Origin: Lama guanicoe | Taxonomy: Eukaryota | Reading direction: 5' to 3' | Length of the DNA: 64,000 nucleotides | Assembly: GCA_013239625.1 (NCBI GenBank) | Contig: MU055928.1 | Span: forward strand, 2,606,499-2,670,498 | Part shown: one piece after another, positions 1 to 13,730 of the stretch | Position numbering within the stretch: the first letter of the stretch is position 1 | How the letters are laid out: each line of letters starts with the position of its first letter | Program-made: the position numbers and the translations under genes | Notes under the pieces: generated by a model | What the model saw: only the letters and a program-made list of their open reading frames with translations | Database searches by the model: none | Told to the model about the DNA's origin: nothing

Positions 1-3000
1 TCCAGTGCTGTCCCTCAGCAGCTCAGGACCCTTGAGCAAGTCATTCATATCCCTTGACCTCAGTTTCCTCCTCTGCAAAATGAAGAGTCTGGATTAGATT
101 GCCTGTATGAGTTAGGGCGATAAAGAACCCAGGGAGGGGAAAGATTTGTAAAGAAAGGTCCAATGTCTCAACTCTCTGCAGACACATCCCAACACCATGT
201 AACATCAGAGCACTGGGTGCAATCAGCCCTGGAGCTGATCTACTGCACCTCAAGCCCTGTGCTGCCGTTTACTGTTTGTGTAATTTGGGAAATGTATTTA
301 ACCTAGAGCTTCCTAAGCAGGTTGTCAAAAATTACAGGTGTGCCAAGGTTTTGCTCCCTCAGCCCTCAGGGCAGCAGGAGTGGCAGAGGCCCCAGGTTAG
401 TCACCCCTACCTGTGAACAACCTCATCCCTTTACACATGACCTCCTTCCCACATCCATACAAATGTCATTTTCTAGATTTATTCTGTCAAGTGAAGCAGA
501 TTGGGAAGTCCTCATAACCTGCCTAGATCTTGAATCTATTATCTATAAATGGAGATAATGATAGCCTCTTAATTGTAACTATCTCATAAAAACCAAGATC
601 ATGTATGTAAAGTGCTTCGTAGAGCTGGTGCACACAGTAAATGTTTAGTAAAGTTTGTTCTTAATTTATCACTAGTAACTCTACTGCTGGCCACATCTCC
701 ATCCTAACAAGGCTGGGTTCATTCTTAGTGCAAATGAGAAGTAGATAGTTCAGATTCGGAAGCCACTCAGCATTCAAACACAAAAACTAGAGCTGGCATG
801 GAAAAGAAGAAACAGCAAGCAATAAAATGAACCTTTGATATAACACCCCAAGGAATGCATTCACCCTGGACAGTCTGTGTCTGTGCTTTACTGAGTGCCC
901 ACGTTGGCTGTATGTGTGGGAAAAGCAAAGATCTGCTAACATGCATCACAAACATTTCACATATACTTTACCACTGGCCATTTTCATGGATCTGGCCCCA
1001 AAAGTCCCTTGCAAAGTAGATGAAAACATATATAGAAATGTATACATTTACATATATGTATGTATATACACACATAAATATATCTTTATATTCTATCAAC
1101 TCAAGAAATTTCCCATTTTGGAATAAATTCAGTAATAGTTCTTGGTTATATTTACTTATCTTGAGACTTTATAAATGCCCCAGTTTATAATTTCTTAGGA
1201 ATTTTAAAGAAAATAAACAATATAATGAATTTCTCCTATATGTGAAAGATAGATACAAATGCCTACTCCTTTGCAAACATTTCTAAGCATGTTTTAATTA
1301 TGATGAATCGGGCCAAGAGTCCTCAGTGTTTTCCTTGGTGGGAGTGCCTCTGTTAAGAGACCATCAACATATCCAAGTGATTCACTGTTCTATTCACTGC
1401 AGTCGTCCTGTAGAAAAGTCAGCTAACATCCTGCCACTGCTATTGCAATCGGTAGGGGCTGTCCAACTGGGAACAATCCATCAGGACCATCTAGGTGTGA
1501 ATCTAGGAAGAACAGTAGCCCCGGATCCTGCTCAGAAGTGTTTACCACGCATACCATCCTTCCTTCCTCATGGACCAGTAGGCAGCAACACTCATTCCTT
1601 TAAATACAAATTTCACACTTATACCCTGCAGAAAGCCAAATTCTTCTAGAGTTTGAGGGCTGGGGAGTAGAAAGGGGGAAGGAGAGGGAGACTAGGTGAA
1701 CGTGGTAGGTGTCTGTATCCCAGGAGGGAGGAGACCTAGAAAGAAGCAGGAGTTGTAACCGAATCCCCACACCCAGAAGATTCTCTCAAACAGTCTCCTA
1801 CATCCTGAGTCTCTGGCCCAGTGCTGCCCTTCCTGCACAATGGCCTCGTCTGGGAAAAAGTCAAGATGGTGCTCCTCTTATGAGGGGTTTCTCATGTCTC
1901 TGGGAAGGTTCTCCTCTGACAGCCGATCCAGGCCCGTGGAATATTCTCTGGGTTTCCTCTCTTGGGCATCTGCTGAGAACGCAGCCTGTCCCACTGGAAT
2001 GTGGTCCCACCTGCTCGTCAAATGGGCTGAGGCGGCCACAGAAGGGCTCAAGCGTGTTGTCTTAGCAGTCACTTTTAATCCTGTCCACTAAGTTCTCAAG
2101 CCAAGGGGAGTGGTGGTCTGGTCCCCTCTCAGAAGCTTCTTAGGATTGCCATTTCTGTCCATATCACTTTCCTCTGTAGAGACACTGCCTACTCCTGGAG
2201 AGTGATGGGCTGGAAAACCTTTGACTGGCTGTCACCTCAACAACTGCTCCCCTTGCCTTTCTGCACAAAGCCTTTTGGCCCAGTCATCAGAGTCATCGGA
2301 TGAGGGGCAGTAGGCCTCATACAGGAAGGCTGAGCGAGAAAATGGAACTTTCTCTTCACCCTCACAACTTCTAACTGGACTTGTAGAATAGGACAGACGA
2401 TTCTGGGTTAACGATTTAAAACCTGGAAATAAATTTTTCCAGGCTCTGATTTAGAAGAGCATCAAGCACACAGAGGGCTTGGTCAAGACTCTAGATGACT
2501 TCTGATATCCCTGCCAACACTACTTGCTTCCAACCCTCTTTTATCCCACCTTCGAGGCAGGGCTCCTGCATAAACACTCCCCAAAAACTACCACTAAGTA
2601 AAGCTCTCATATTCTTTTTCCTCAACTGTAATAACAGCCATAGCTCCTGCTGGAGGAGTGCCTGCTGTATGCCCAGACTCACGACAGCCTGCACAGCAGG
2701 CATCACCATCACCATTTTCTAGATGGAGAAACTAAGATTCAGTGAATGAGGTGACTTGCTCAAGGCCACAGTTAGTAATAATTCTGGTTACCATTTATTA
2801 AGCTCTTAGTGTGTGTAAGGCACTGGGCAAAGTGATCTGTGTGCATTATCTCATTTAGTTGTCTCTGGGTCTCTCTCCAGAGGCTTTGTGGCTCCCATGA
2901 CACCTCACAGCTTCTCCTAAAGCAAAGAGGGGCTGTTGATGGAGGCCCCAGCACTCCCTCACAGCTTACCTGAACATGAGATAAGGAACCATGTACAACG

Positions 3001-6000
3001 GGCCTAGCAGAGGCAGATGCCCCAAAACATACGCCTTTCCCTTTTGTAACACCTTTTCCACTCCAAGGATATCTTTGATGTTAACCCACGGTCACCTACA
3101 TAAAAATATTAGTAGCCGAGATAAGGGCAGTTCTAGCCCACCTGCCACCTCGGCAATGAAGAGGGACCAAGCTGGCCCAGAAGATGGGCTCAGGGAACAG
3201 CTAACCCTGTGGATTCTTTGGTTGAAAGCAACCACGTGACCATCATTATTATTATTACCCTCTTTAATATCATTTGATAAAGCAATCAAATAAACTAATG
3301 TACACTAATGACAACACTAACAACAGCATGACCAGACAATAGATACTGGAATTCATCATGTTCTGGAAACTGTACTTCCAACAGCTCTAAAATATTTTCA
3401 TAGAGAGCGATCTGGACAAGAAAGTAAACAGATAGTCTGGTCACATTTAATCGGTAAATTATTAAACTTCCTTGACCTATTTTGGGGGGGTCACTTCTCT
3501 GACTATGAGGACAGCTTCTTTCTTTTCTACTTATATGTTGATACATTGGCACTGTGGGTTGGGGGACTTTCCAGTTCTCTGTTTCCCACCCAACTTTAAC
3601 TGGAGCCCTGTCGGGTTCAGAAAATAATAGTGCCATACACCCCCTGACTGAAGATGCTGCCTATCCCCTAAACAAAGACTCTTACTGTCCACCTGGGGCC
3701 TGCTCTGGCAGAAAAATTGTAAGTCTCTTCTCAGACGCAAAGAAACAGGCGTTCCCAGACAAACTGGTTTTCTTCCAGGCGCATCTGTAAAAATTGCCTG
3801 GGCTTCACTGACAGGTGATGGAGTGACCAAGTTTACTCAGGTAGAAGAGACAGTCAAGGTGGGAGGGAGAGAGAGCCTGGTGGATTACTCCCTGGAAAAG
3901 AAACCCACAATTTTCTTGGCTGATCAAGAGCATTGGGAAAAGGACAATGGTGCAGGAATGGCAGGGTCCCGCTGCACATAACAGAGGGCTGAAAAGATGA
4001 TTCTCAGAATCCAGCAACCTGCTTCTCAAAGAGGGGACAGCAATGATGGGGACACTTCATTATCCACCATGGGAATTCAGTGTTTCAGTGAAAACAAATG
4101 TTTCCAGGAAAATTCACACTCTATTTCTCTCTAAGATCCCGTGATTCTCCTTATACCCTACTCCCAACCTGCACATAAGCAGTACTAGCTACCGTAGCAA
4201 TATATACAACAGGTCTGGCCCTGCTGTGAAGTTATACATGGGACAGAGATGTTTTAAGAACACCAAGAAAATGAGAAGGAAAATGGACAGCAACCAGCTG
4301 AGCAAAATGCTATCTTTGGTGAAGACTGCCTTAAAGACACATTTGGGCCTAAGTGGTGAGTTGCACTGGTGTTGTCCAACGGCTGATTCCTTCCTGAGTC
4401 TGGGAGTCAGTAGATAATTGGCATTCAGGAGGAACTGACTTCAAGCACGAGGACTCACTGACAGATACAGCTTATTCCAAACAACCAATCAGGTCTGGTA
4501 TCTATGACCCATGGCTGGTCACCTCAGGCGGCCTGACAGACCCTCTGAGCAACATGCAGGAGATGGGACTGATCCCAGGGCCTGAATAACACTGTAGAGT
4601 TGACTAACAGTTTTTTTTGGACACTCCTCTCCACTCCTTCTCACACCTCCTGACACCCTCTTTCCCTGTGGACAGTCCTTCTGGCTGTGCAAAGGCCTCA
4701 CTTCAGAACTCAATGCTGCAGTTCTTTGAAGCAGCCCATGCATTTTCCCCACCTGCTGCAACTAATATGTCCTCTCTTGTCTTATAATAAGTGTTGTTTC
4801 TCTGCTCTGTCTTCTCCACTAGACTATGAGACTCACAAAAAAGGAACTATCTTCTTCCTAATCACCTCTAGGTCTCTAAAATCTAACACTAACAGAGATG
4901 CATAGAGATGGTACCTTACAAACATTTTGGATAAATGAAGGAATGAATTGGAAAGCTCCTAGAACAGGGTATCGGGAGGCTTCCACTCTAGCCCCAGCTC
5001 TATCATTACCTGAATATGCAGCCTCAGGTCTGGGGCTCAGCTGCATCTATCAGGTAAGAGAACAACCCCAATGAACAGCCGGCACCCCTCCCCACACCAT
5101 GCTCAGTACAGCCCTGTGGGGCCACAGAGGATGCTCAGAGATTTGGGGGAGGCATGGGTTGGGGGAGATCCTGGGCAGGCTAGCCTCAGGTCTCCCACTC
5201 TCTCCTCAGACAGAGCCACCCTTTTACTTATTTATGTGTTATGCTCTCAAATCAGACTGTGCGTGCAGAGTGGGTTTTACAATCAAGACAAAACTTTACA
5301 ACAATAGTAGATGAACTGTCCAGTCCTTTTCAGCTAGATTCCCCCAACCTATTAAATATGTCCCACGCCCTCAACACTTGATCCCAGGCCACCTCTTGCA
5401 GACTCGTCATCCTCAATCCCCAAAGTAGCCTGCATATGTCATCCCTGCTATGCCCCTTCATCTGCCTGAGACCAGTCTTTCCCATTTTTTTTCTGCCTGG
5501 CGAAGCCCAGCTCACTCTTCAAGATGAAACTCAAAAGCCTCCCCACTTCCCCAGCAACCAAAGACACATGCTCCCTAAGAACCACACTCATACCACTGGG
5601 CTCCCAGAGCACCTCATAAATACTCTATAGTATTAAATGCCAGCCTGTGAAATCATCTGTTTATTAAATTCTTTCCCGATTGGAATATAAATGCTTCAAG
5701 GTCAGGAGATCTGCTTTGCTCACCATTTATGTCTCTGATACTCACCTCAGTGCCTGACTCAGTAGGCACGGAAGGAAGGAAATTAGGAAGTCAGAAGTCA
5801 TTCGGGAAACTAGTAGCTTCATTGATAAATACGTTAGGGAATTAGTTAGTAAGCTGAACCACATGTTAATGGGAAAACCTCTCTATCTGAGTAGAGTAAT
5901 TGGCATTCAGGTGTAAATAACCATTAGATTTAACCTTTCCAGGTGAAAGCACACTTTTGAAAAGCACTTATTTGTCTGATTACTCTCTGTGGTGGAATGA

Positions 6001-8729
6001 AGAGGAAAATGTATTTCTTGAGTGGAGAAACCCTTCTCTACCTTTCGCCTACTCTCAGCTGGGTGTTTCTCCTTTACACCCTCTTAGGGTGAAGAATCCG
6101 CCTCCTGGTTCTAAGAGGGAACCAGGGAACCAGAGCAGGCTGTGAGTGACAGGATGACATTAGAAGGGGAAGAACATGTAGTGATTATGTTTACTATTGG
6201 GCCACGCTCTCTTAGGCACAGTTTGGAAAGTTCACCCTTGTTTGAAAGCACTCTGGGAGAATCTAACCAGAGGCTGGCCTAGTATATCTATATATGACAG
6301 AGCCATAGGCCCTCTGAGCTAAAAAGAAATTCACATGGAAAGGAACCAAATTTTTCTGAACCTCAGATCACACATCATTTGGGGTACACACAAGGGGACT
6401 GGTAGTGTTTCAAATATGGAATGTTCTAGTGTCTTGTCCCAACCCTCTTTTCAACGTGTAAATCCTAAGTTGGGCTAATTTTTAGGCTGGTAATTAGTCA
6501 ATTTAACCAAAACTAGTTCTAGGTATAGAAATAAAACAAAACAACAGAGATATTAAAAAATAAAACCAGATGTATGTTTATATTTAAAATGTGGACACTG
6601 AAAAGGATATCTGAGTTGCAGGCTATGAGGAATCAGTCCCACTCTCTCTAATCCTGCTGAAATGAATCCCCCAATTTCTCAGAGACCTAGACTTGCCACC
6701 TTTGAACAACTCTAATGGAAAGACTTCCATCATGCTGTCTGCAGCATGCAGTCACTCGTTCACGGTCATCTGTTCCCCGACGTTATTCTCTGTATTGATT
6801 TTCTCCAGCTACATGGTTATTCTTTTGGAATCAATATGCCTTTCCCTCTCGAATCACTTGATGAACAGCCAAGGAATGCAAAATCACTTTGATAATAGCA
6901 TAAGGCAAATATGATTAGGAAGGTAACTCTGGGGCAAGAAATTTTTAAATGCATTACTAAATTGAATAGAGATTATTCATGAACTATCTCTCATTTAGAA
7001 TAGTGATTCTCTATCCCAGTACACCAAATCAACTTTAGATAATAAGTACTCTGCAATTCTTTTTTTCTATTCTGCAATGCAAACTAGAGATAATGGTACC
7101 TTCCTACATACTTAACTTTTAAAAAAATCATTATGCCTTTTGTAGGGAAGATAAATGAAAGAAAAGTAATTTCTAACAAAAATAGTATCTCAATGTGTGA
7201 ATGCGGGGTCATAAGGACATTAGGGGACATACTGAAATCATTGGTTGCCTGCTGTCATTTATAGAACCACTACGAATGCAATTGCTACAAACGCACACTC
7301 ACACAGGCGTGCTGTTTGGTGCTCAAAGACCATGTCTTGAGCCATTGATGATGTGGTTTTCCCAAATGGTGACCAACTCCTGGCAAATTCCAAACAAAAC
7401 AAATTACAACTGTCCCTAAATTCACCCAGTTATCGCAGCCTGGAAAATTCAATGTATATAAAGCCATGCCAAATAAAAGTGCTTAGTATTAATATGTAAG
7501 ATGAAGACAGATTCAAGCTCAAAAGTTACAAACAGGTTTTGACTTACATGAAAGTCCACTGGGACCTTCAGAATCATGTAAGACACAAGACGGTGCCTTG
7601 TTCTGTGGGACGGCCCCACACATGACAGAATGTCTAACAGCCCAGGCACCTGCCCATTTAATGCCACGAGTGCCCACGATAATCATAAGAACCACAGACA
7701 CCCTTACAGACTTCCAAAATTCCCCCTCGGAGACAGTGCCACCTTAGCTGAGACAGCTGGCTTGCAGTATTTTCTTCAGGACTTCTCCCATTGACCCAGA
7801 TGATTACAAGTTGATTCTAGCTGTGAAACCAAAGAACCTGAGCACTAGAAGGGATCCTGAGGCTCGTCTAGCTGCCCCTTCTTTTACCCATGTGAGGCAA
7901 GTAAGTTGCCTTTGGATAATCCGTTACCACATAATCTAAATAAAAACCATATAAAAACCCTTTCCGTGGTTTTCATTTCTTACTACAATTAGAAAGATAC
8001 CCTTGAAATCTATCTCTCTTATACACGAGATATTTTGAAATAAAAACTGAATGACTGACAACATTTTCCAGGCTTTTCCAGGACACCTGCAGTTGAAATC
8101 ACTGACTCCTCACCACTGAGCTTTAGCACCAGGCTGGATACTCTCTAGTGCCCACTAAAAGCTTGGATTCTTGCATACAGATAAATCAGGATGCCAAAAT
8201 AAAATCTCTTACACTATAATATGTTCAAAATCAGAATGTGCCCCAAAGAATTGACTTCTGGGAGCAGAAATTGTCCTATATGCTTAGAGGCTAATTGGTT
8301 TTTTCCACTATTCTCCCCAGACTCCAGTCATCAGGAACCAAGCAGGTTTTTGGAAAATGAACAACTAAGATTCTACGTGCACCTGCACTGTGCACAGCAC
8401 AGGGCCTCTTCCTCCAACTTAGGACAGCAAGGGGCTGGTCCCTTCACAAGACCTAAGGAGGATTTGGCAATCTGCTAATTACCTTTGGTGAAAGGGTTCC
8501 GATGGTGAATTGGGTGTTTTTAAATTTAATTTGGCAGATCAAAGATCAAGGAGAGAATGTTTGATTACCCAAATTCAACAATGCTGATTCTCCAAATTAA
8601 ATCAGCAGTCAAATCAATGCCCATTTCAAAAGCTTTGCTTGGAAAAATTCTATGTATAAGCCTTGCACGTTGTCAGGTGGTAAAGAAGGATGGAGAAGAG
8701 AAGTCATAGTATATAAGAATTATTGGGTA

Positions 8730-8838
8730 TAAAAAAATATGAAAACGAATATATGTATGTATATGCATGACTGAGACATTGTTCTGTATGCCAGAAATTG
8801 ACACATTGTAATTGACTGTGCTTCAATTTTAAAAAGAA
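8730..8838 (+). mobile_element. Short 5'-truncated L1 3' end with 15-bp TSD
   Basis: Resembles the L1 tail at 47830-47930 (gaatatatgtatgt...aattgacaca). TSD aagaatta(t/c)tgggta at 8715-8729 and 8839-8853. Confidence 0.75.
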
Positions 8839-11046
8839 AAGAATTACTGGGTAAAGCTGTAAATCCTACACTGACAAGGATAGTTACTTGCCCCCTAATC
8901 CACTCCTCACACTGCACTTAAAGAGAAACCTACTCTGTACATGCAAATTCAATGCTCTTCAGGAGCAGAGAACACACATGTCCCCTAAGCTTCCAAGAAA
9001 ATGTCACCAGGTCCTCACACTCAGCGTTTACACACTCTGTACTTCCCTCATGGAGGAGTTCCTCCCCTCAGGCCTTCCTTCTGAGACCACTTCCTCTTAA
9101 TTTTAGACTCACTCTAACCACTTAAACATCAGGTGCTAGAAGCAGCGATTTAGAAAAGGAGGAGCTTGGACTGTGACAGCAACAAGAAGAAACAACTGAC
9201 AGTCTGTCCTCCATGAAGGAGATAGAAAACCATTTTACAAAGTGGAGGGAAGGGGGCTGACATAGAAACTCAAAATAAACAGCAGCCTAGGCCATTCAAA
9301 GTAGGGACTAACAGCTTTGCTAGCCTTGAGAGCATCTCCAGGATACAGAAAAATATAGTCATGAATGTAAAAGAAAAGTAAATTATGCTCAATATATTTT
9401 GTAGCAAAATTCAATATAACAATAGAATCCTAGATTGTCAGGGTAGGAGACCCTTAAGAAAGCGTCCCGGCCTAACTCCTTTACTTTACAAAGAAGGAAA
9501 CAACGTAACAGGGTACACAGGTTCAAGGAAGAGAGGTAGAATTGAGAAGAGAGCGCTGCCCAGCTGGTCCAGTGCTCCTTCCATATGGACACCCTGACAC
9601 GGATGCCACCGAGGGAAAGGAAAAGAGTAACTGCATCACATTTAGTCACCCACTGTGTCATTGCTGTTGACATCTCTGTTTTTGCTTCCTTGCACTGATT
9701 TCACTCCTTTCAAAAGGAAAAGAAAACTGTTCCCTTTAGTCACAAAAGAGTGAACCATTGTTCCCTGATTTGTGATGAGAGAACCTCAGGGTTGGCCCTT
9801 AACAAAACTAGGACTGAAGGTAAAGTTGACTTTGAGTTCCCCTCTACATCCTCCTACAACCCTTTCCTGGTGTGTTTCCTCCAAGTTGTCTTATGTCTGT
9901 CCTCCCAATTGGTACCCCACCCTCTGCCCCCAAATTCAGAGCTCCTAGTACAACGTAGAATACTCTTCCAACTTCCTGAAGTTTGGTGTATTCCCAGTCT
10001 CTTTCTAATTTGGTCTCTAATTCTATAAAACAAAAAAAAATGAAGCAATATATCATTATTTTTCACTGATACAAGTGGGGAGCTTGTTACAATGCAGACT
10101 CCTGGTCTCTACCTCCTATAATTACAATTCAACAGATGATTCTGGTGGAAGTGGGCCCTAACCTAACCCACTTTAGAAAACACATGGCTTCTGCTTGCCT
10201 CTCCAGCCTCGCCGCCCCCCAGTCTCCCCATGCACATCTCGCGCCACCCAAAACATACTGTCTCTCCCCGCCATTTCTTTGCCTCATGTTCCACTTTCTG
10301 TGCGCAATTAATTCCTCCATAGACCTGAAAGCCAGCCGATGTACATGTCTCAACTCTGCTCTCTTTGTTCCTGTACATCACTGCATTGCTGAGCTCACAC
10401 AGTCTGGTACACATCCCCTGGAGGGCAGGGCCATGCCTCACTTGTCTTTAATTCCTACCGATTAGCACCATGCCAAGCACATAGTAGGCACTCTAAAAGT
10501 ATTCACTAAATTACATTTTTCATGTGCTAAATTTCCTAGTTAATAACTAGGCATTGATTTATATTTGCATTTTGATTATCCCCTCCCCAGATATACTACA
10601 GGATTTTCAAAAATTGCTTGAGGTATCACTCTCAAATGAGAAGCAGCCTCTGCAATATGTAAAAATGAAAGAGAAGAGTGCTACACATAACCTAACCCTG
10701 GTGCCATCAACTGTGGGGGTCACAATGAGTTAGACCCATGTTCACTCAGGAGAGCTGACACTAAGGAGCAATGACAGAGACACAGCCAGTAAATGGGAGT
10801 TTTTCTAATGAAGAAGATCAGTTTCTGACAGTTTCTTAGAATTAGTTCTGGCATTCAGGTTAAAAAGGTTTTCAGAAGTGAAACTGGAAAACATTAGAAC
10901 TGACTTTGAATTGATTCATATACATAAACTTTGTGTATTTGTTCCAAGATCCAGAGATTTCCAGTATTTTCTACCCAAGATGGTTAACCACCAAAGGTTG
11001 GCTCCTCTCCGGAAATCCATCGTCCATGTGTGTTTGTCCCATGCAG

Positions 11047-11283
11047 GCGTCTGCTATGCAGAGTTCGGAGTCCGCGTCCCCAAGACCACCGGGTCGGCCT
11101 ACACCTACAGCTACGTCACTGTGGGGGAATTCGTGGCATTCTTCATTGGATGGAACCTCATCCTGGAGTACCTGATTGGCACTGCGGCAGGCGCCAGTGC
11201 TCTGAGCAGCATGTTTGACTCCCTGACCAACCACACCATCAGCCGCTGGATGGTGGACAGTGTGGGAACCCTCAACGGCCTGG
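11047..11283 (+). CDS. SLC7A14: SLC7A14 coding exon (exon 3 by inferred numbering), 237 bp
   Basis: Acceptor ...atgcag ends at 11046 and donor gtgaga starts at 11284. Encodes (G)[44 protein letters not shown]...GTLNGL, a CAT-family signature. Phase 1/1. Confidence 0.97.
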
Positions 11284-11628
11284 GTGAGACTGCCACATCC
11301 TCTAACCCCAATGTGCGAACTTAGCCAAATAAATGGGGTCCTCCTTCAGGGTGCAATCTGGCAAAATGTGTGCAGGGCCTTAAATACCTTTTTTTTTTTG
11401 CCAAGTGTTCTTCCCCTATAAATCTATCCTAAGGAAATCATCTTAATTCCCATAAAAGCTTTATATGAAAAGATGTGCATCCCAGCCTTATTTATAATAA
11501 CAAAAAAAATCAGAAACAGCTTAAGTATTCTACAGTGGAGCAAACAATTAAGTAAATTATGGTAGTGTGTTATGTAGCCAGCAACTAAAAGGATGACCAG
11601 GAAGAGTGTTGTAAAAACATGGAGTATG

Positions 11629-11814
11629 GGGGGAAGGGTATAGCTCAAGTGGTAGAGCACATGCTTAGCATGCACAAGGTCCTGGGTTCAATCCCCAGTA
11701 CCTTCATTAAAAATAAATAAACCTAATTACCTTCCCCACCCCTGCCAGAAAAAAAAACCCTAAAATAATATGACAATAAATAAATAAAAATGCTTGAACA
11801 TTTTTTCAAAAAAA
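11629..11814 (+). mobile_element. tRNA-Ala-derived SINE (camelid Vic-1-like) with 16-bp TSD
   Basis: Head gggtatagctcaagtggtagagcacatgcttagcatgcacaaggtcctgggttcaatccccagtacc (A and B boxes) and A-rich tail. TSD aaaaacatggagtatg at 11613-11628 and 11815-11830. Inserted in an old L1-like remnant. Confidence 0.9.
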
Positions 11815-13063
11815 AAAAACATGGAGTATGTTTTAGATGTAATGCTGTATGACAAAGGATACAAACTGTATGTGCATCACGTTAATAACTATATAAAAAT
11901 AAAACTAATGGAGAAAAAAGAACTGTAAGGAACTTCTCCAGTGGTTTCATCAGAAGAATTTTTAAATTGTTCAAAAACAAGCACACATTAATTTTTGAAT
12001 GAGAAAGTATATTTTTAAAAGAAACAAAATGAGTGAATACCAAACAATCAGAAGCTCACATAACAAATACCTTGAGGCTTCAGGTCTGCCACCCACCTTC
12101 CATCCTGATGACTATCCCTTTACATTCATGGGAAGCTACACAGTAGATAAGGAAACTCTGGGGTCTTCCCCAGAACTTCCAGGGACTAATTCAGTGGCTG
12201 TGTGCAAGTCACTTGACTGGTGTCCCTATCTCAGAAGAATTGACTGAAATGTTGAGCACCCAGATATCATGAGAAGATAAAAAATACAAAGACCACATTT
12301 TCTCAGTATACTGATTTCACAGGATTTCAGGTCTGAAAGGGTCCTCCAAAATCAGGTAGCTGAACTCTTTCACTTTACAGATGACATCCAGAGAAAGGAG
12401 GCACTGGCCCAAGGCCACACAGCTGGTTAGAGGCAAGGGTCCAGCTGAAACACAGGAGGCTGACTGCCGAGGCAGTGCCGTTTCCACTCTATAGAGGGCA
12501 GGAGTCCACTGACCAACAGACAAGACCAAGCAGGCGGGGCACGTTCACTGGTGATTTTCTCTGCAACCATGTACACACACATGAAAAGGACACCCTTCTT
12601 CCAATAATTTTCAAAGACAATTATTTTAAAATTTGCTAATAAAGAGAAGACTGATGGAATAAAATGGAAAATGTATGGACTATAAAGTAAACAACAATGA
12701 AGATAAAATGGTTCAAATAACGTGTTAGACCCATATATGCATCTGAATGTCCCAGGACGGTCCTGACTTGACATGTTCTATGACTTGGTTCCATAGGCAC
12801 TGCTGTAATTGTCATATCAAGCATCCCAATTTTTGGTCCACGATATCAGGTCATCTCACCTATATACCAAAACCTTCCCATATGCAAATAGACACTTGTG
12901 GACCACAGTGGAGGTTCCCGCACACACACACAGAGTTCCGCCTCCCTCCATGACAAACTGACCACCCTTCTCAGAGCTGAGTACAGATGCACTTGGGTGG
13001 GCCTGGGAGCCTGCATGGTCTTTATCCCCCCAGACAATATTAACTCACGTCTTTCCCCTCTAG

Positions 13064-13281
13064 GGAAAGGAGAGCAGTCATACCCGGACCTTCTGGCTCT
13101 GGTGATCGCGATTGTCGTCACCATCATTGTCGCACTGGGGGTGAAGAATTCTGTGGGCTTCAACAATGTGCTCAACGTGCTGAACCTGGCCGTGTGGGTG
13201 TTCATCATGATTGCAGGCTTCTTCTTCATCAGTGGGAAGCACTGGGCTGGAGGCCAGTTCTTGCCCCACGGCTGGTCAGGG
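13064..13281 (+). CDS. SLC7A14: SLC7A14 coding exon 4, 218 bp
   Basis: Acceptor ctttcccctctag, donor gtgagt at 13282. Encodes (G)KGEQSYPDLLALVIAIVVTIIVALGVKNSVGFNNVLNVLNLAVWVFIMIAG...FLPHGWSG, in frame with the previous exon. Confidence 0.97.
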
Positions 13282-13519
13282 GTGAGTCCATTCCTAAATC
13301 CTGGTGTACCTGATGCACGCTCTGCCTTCCACCCTGTGACTAATCTAAGACATATTTTCAAGAAAATGCTGCTTGTCTCATCATCTTCATGGCACCCTCT
13401 CCAACACCTTTTATCTGAATTTAATTGGAATGTCCCAAAGAAGTGGTTGTTTTTAAATTTATTTGTTTGTTTCACAAACATTCCTTGAGATCTTATTTTA
13501 TACAAATTTGAAGTATTGG

Positions 13520-13730
13520 TCACTTGCCATATGCCTAATACTACAGTAGGTGCTCTGCATATAATACCTCATTTAATCTTCCTAATAACTGCACAAGGAA
13601 AATATTTACATTATAGTCTTACAGAGGAAAAAACTCACCCTCAGAGAGGTCAAATGACTTGCTATTAAACACACAGTATAAGTGCCCAAGTCAGGACCCA
13701 ATGCCACAACTGTCTGACTCCAAAGCCTGT
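13520..13730. mobile_element. MIR SINE (representative; further MIR and L2 fragments are scattered through the window)
   Basis: ctcatttaatcttc...acagaggaaaaaac...ctcagagaggtcaaatgacttgc...tgtctgactccaaagcc (MIR core). Confidence 0.7.

Noticed and set aside
11629..11705. Apparent tRNA-Ala gene (also at ~39980-40050 and ~54905-54977)
   Set aside because: Each is followed by a shared non-tRNA body and an A-rich tail, with clear TSDs at two of the three, so they are SINE heads rather than tRNA genes.
12846..13523. 225-aa minus-strand ORF
   Set aside because: It is the antisense shadow of SLC7A14 exon 4, with no independent coding signal.
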